Assembly: GCA_963792535.1 (NCBI GenBank)
Contig: CAWBWQ010000001.1
Location: 96,001 to 160,000, forward strand
Direction: 5' to 3'
DNA length: 64,000 nt
Origin: an uncultured Phycisphaerales bacterium
GTDB taxonomy: Bacteria > Planctomycetota > Phycisphaerae > Tepidisphaerales > Tepidisphaeraceae
The stretch's first letter is position 1. Every line of letters starts with the position of its first letter. Below, one piece after another: positions 63,821 to 64,000 of this stretch. A model generated the notes under the pieces. That model was given only the letters and a program-made list of their open reading frames with translations. It did no database searches and was not told the origin of the DNA. The position numbers were made by a program, and so were the translations under genes.

Positions 63821-64000
63821 GATGGGCCGCACCCTTTGTCGGCCTCGCGGCCGCAACGTCGACTCCAGCCCCAGCGCCCTGGCGGTTCGCTTTTGCCATC
63901 GCTCATCTCCAAACGGACAGCCTCGCTTGATGCTTTGCTGGAGTGCCTCCAACTCCGCGGTCGTCTGAACGCGGTTTACCCACTCGATCCAGTCTTGCGG
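63773..64000 (-). mobile_element. 3' end of a REP-associated tyrosine transposase (RAYT/Y1-like), absent from the ORF track
   Basis: Manual translation from 64000: PQDWIEWVNRVQTTAELEALQQSIKRGCPFGDERWQKRTARALGLESTLRPRGRQRVRPIKDSRPPDPFDRPRPL*; resembles the planctomycete RAYT C-terminus; HUH core lies outside the window. Confidence 0.7.

Overview
A 64-kb chromosomal segment, most likely from a Planctomycetota bacterium (Phycisphaerae, Tepidisphaerales-like). This is inferred from two DUF1559/prepilin-type genes, three LEPR-XLL-type secreted proteins, PEP-CTERM proteins with a GDANLDG/GDFNYDG repeat and a CxxCGYDLRxxPxRCPEC protein. About 15 genes, including housekeeping ones (recG, bioD, glk), are split by apparent 1-bp indels, which points to long-read consensus error rather than real pseudogenes. 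Layout: (1) 1-12.7 kb, accessory DNA 3' of tRNA-Pro(CGG) with two extra copies of the tRNA 3' end, consistent with tandem integrase-less islands; (2) 12.8-40 kb, core genes (bioAD, pcm, recG, rho, yqeY, bcp, galM, a Btu/FecCD-type transporter pair, a rhamnose-type ABC operon, an ArgA-like acetyltransferase); (3) tRNA-Thr and tRNA-Leu followed by a stress cluster (Mn catalase, ferritin-like proteins, three SDRs) with several sigma54-type promoter motifs; (4) a cobalamin-riboswitch-led operon of two PEP-CTERM proteins and a DUF1559 pilin-like protein, the best candidate for an uncharacterised system (surface B12 capture); (5) gene fragments bounded by REP-like motifs beside the 3' end of a RAYT-like transposase. 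Family calls rest on motif recognition only; no database searches were run.
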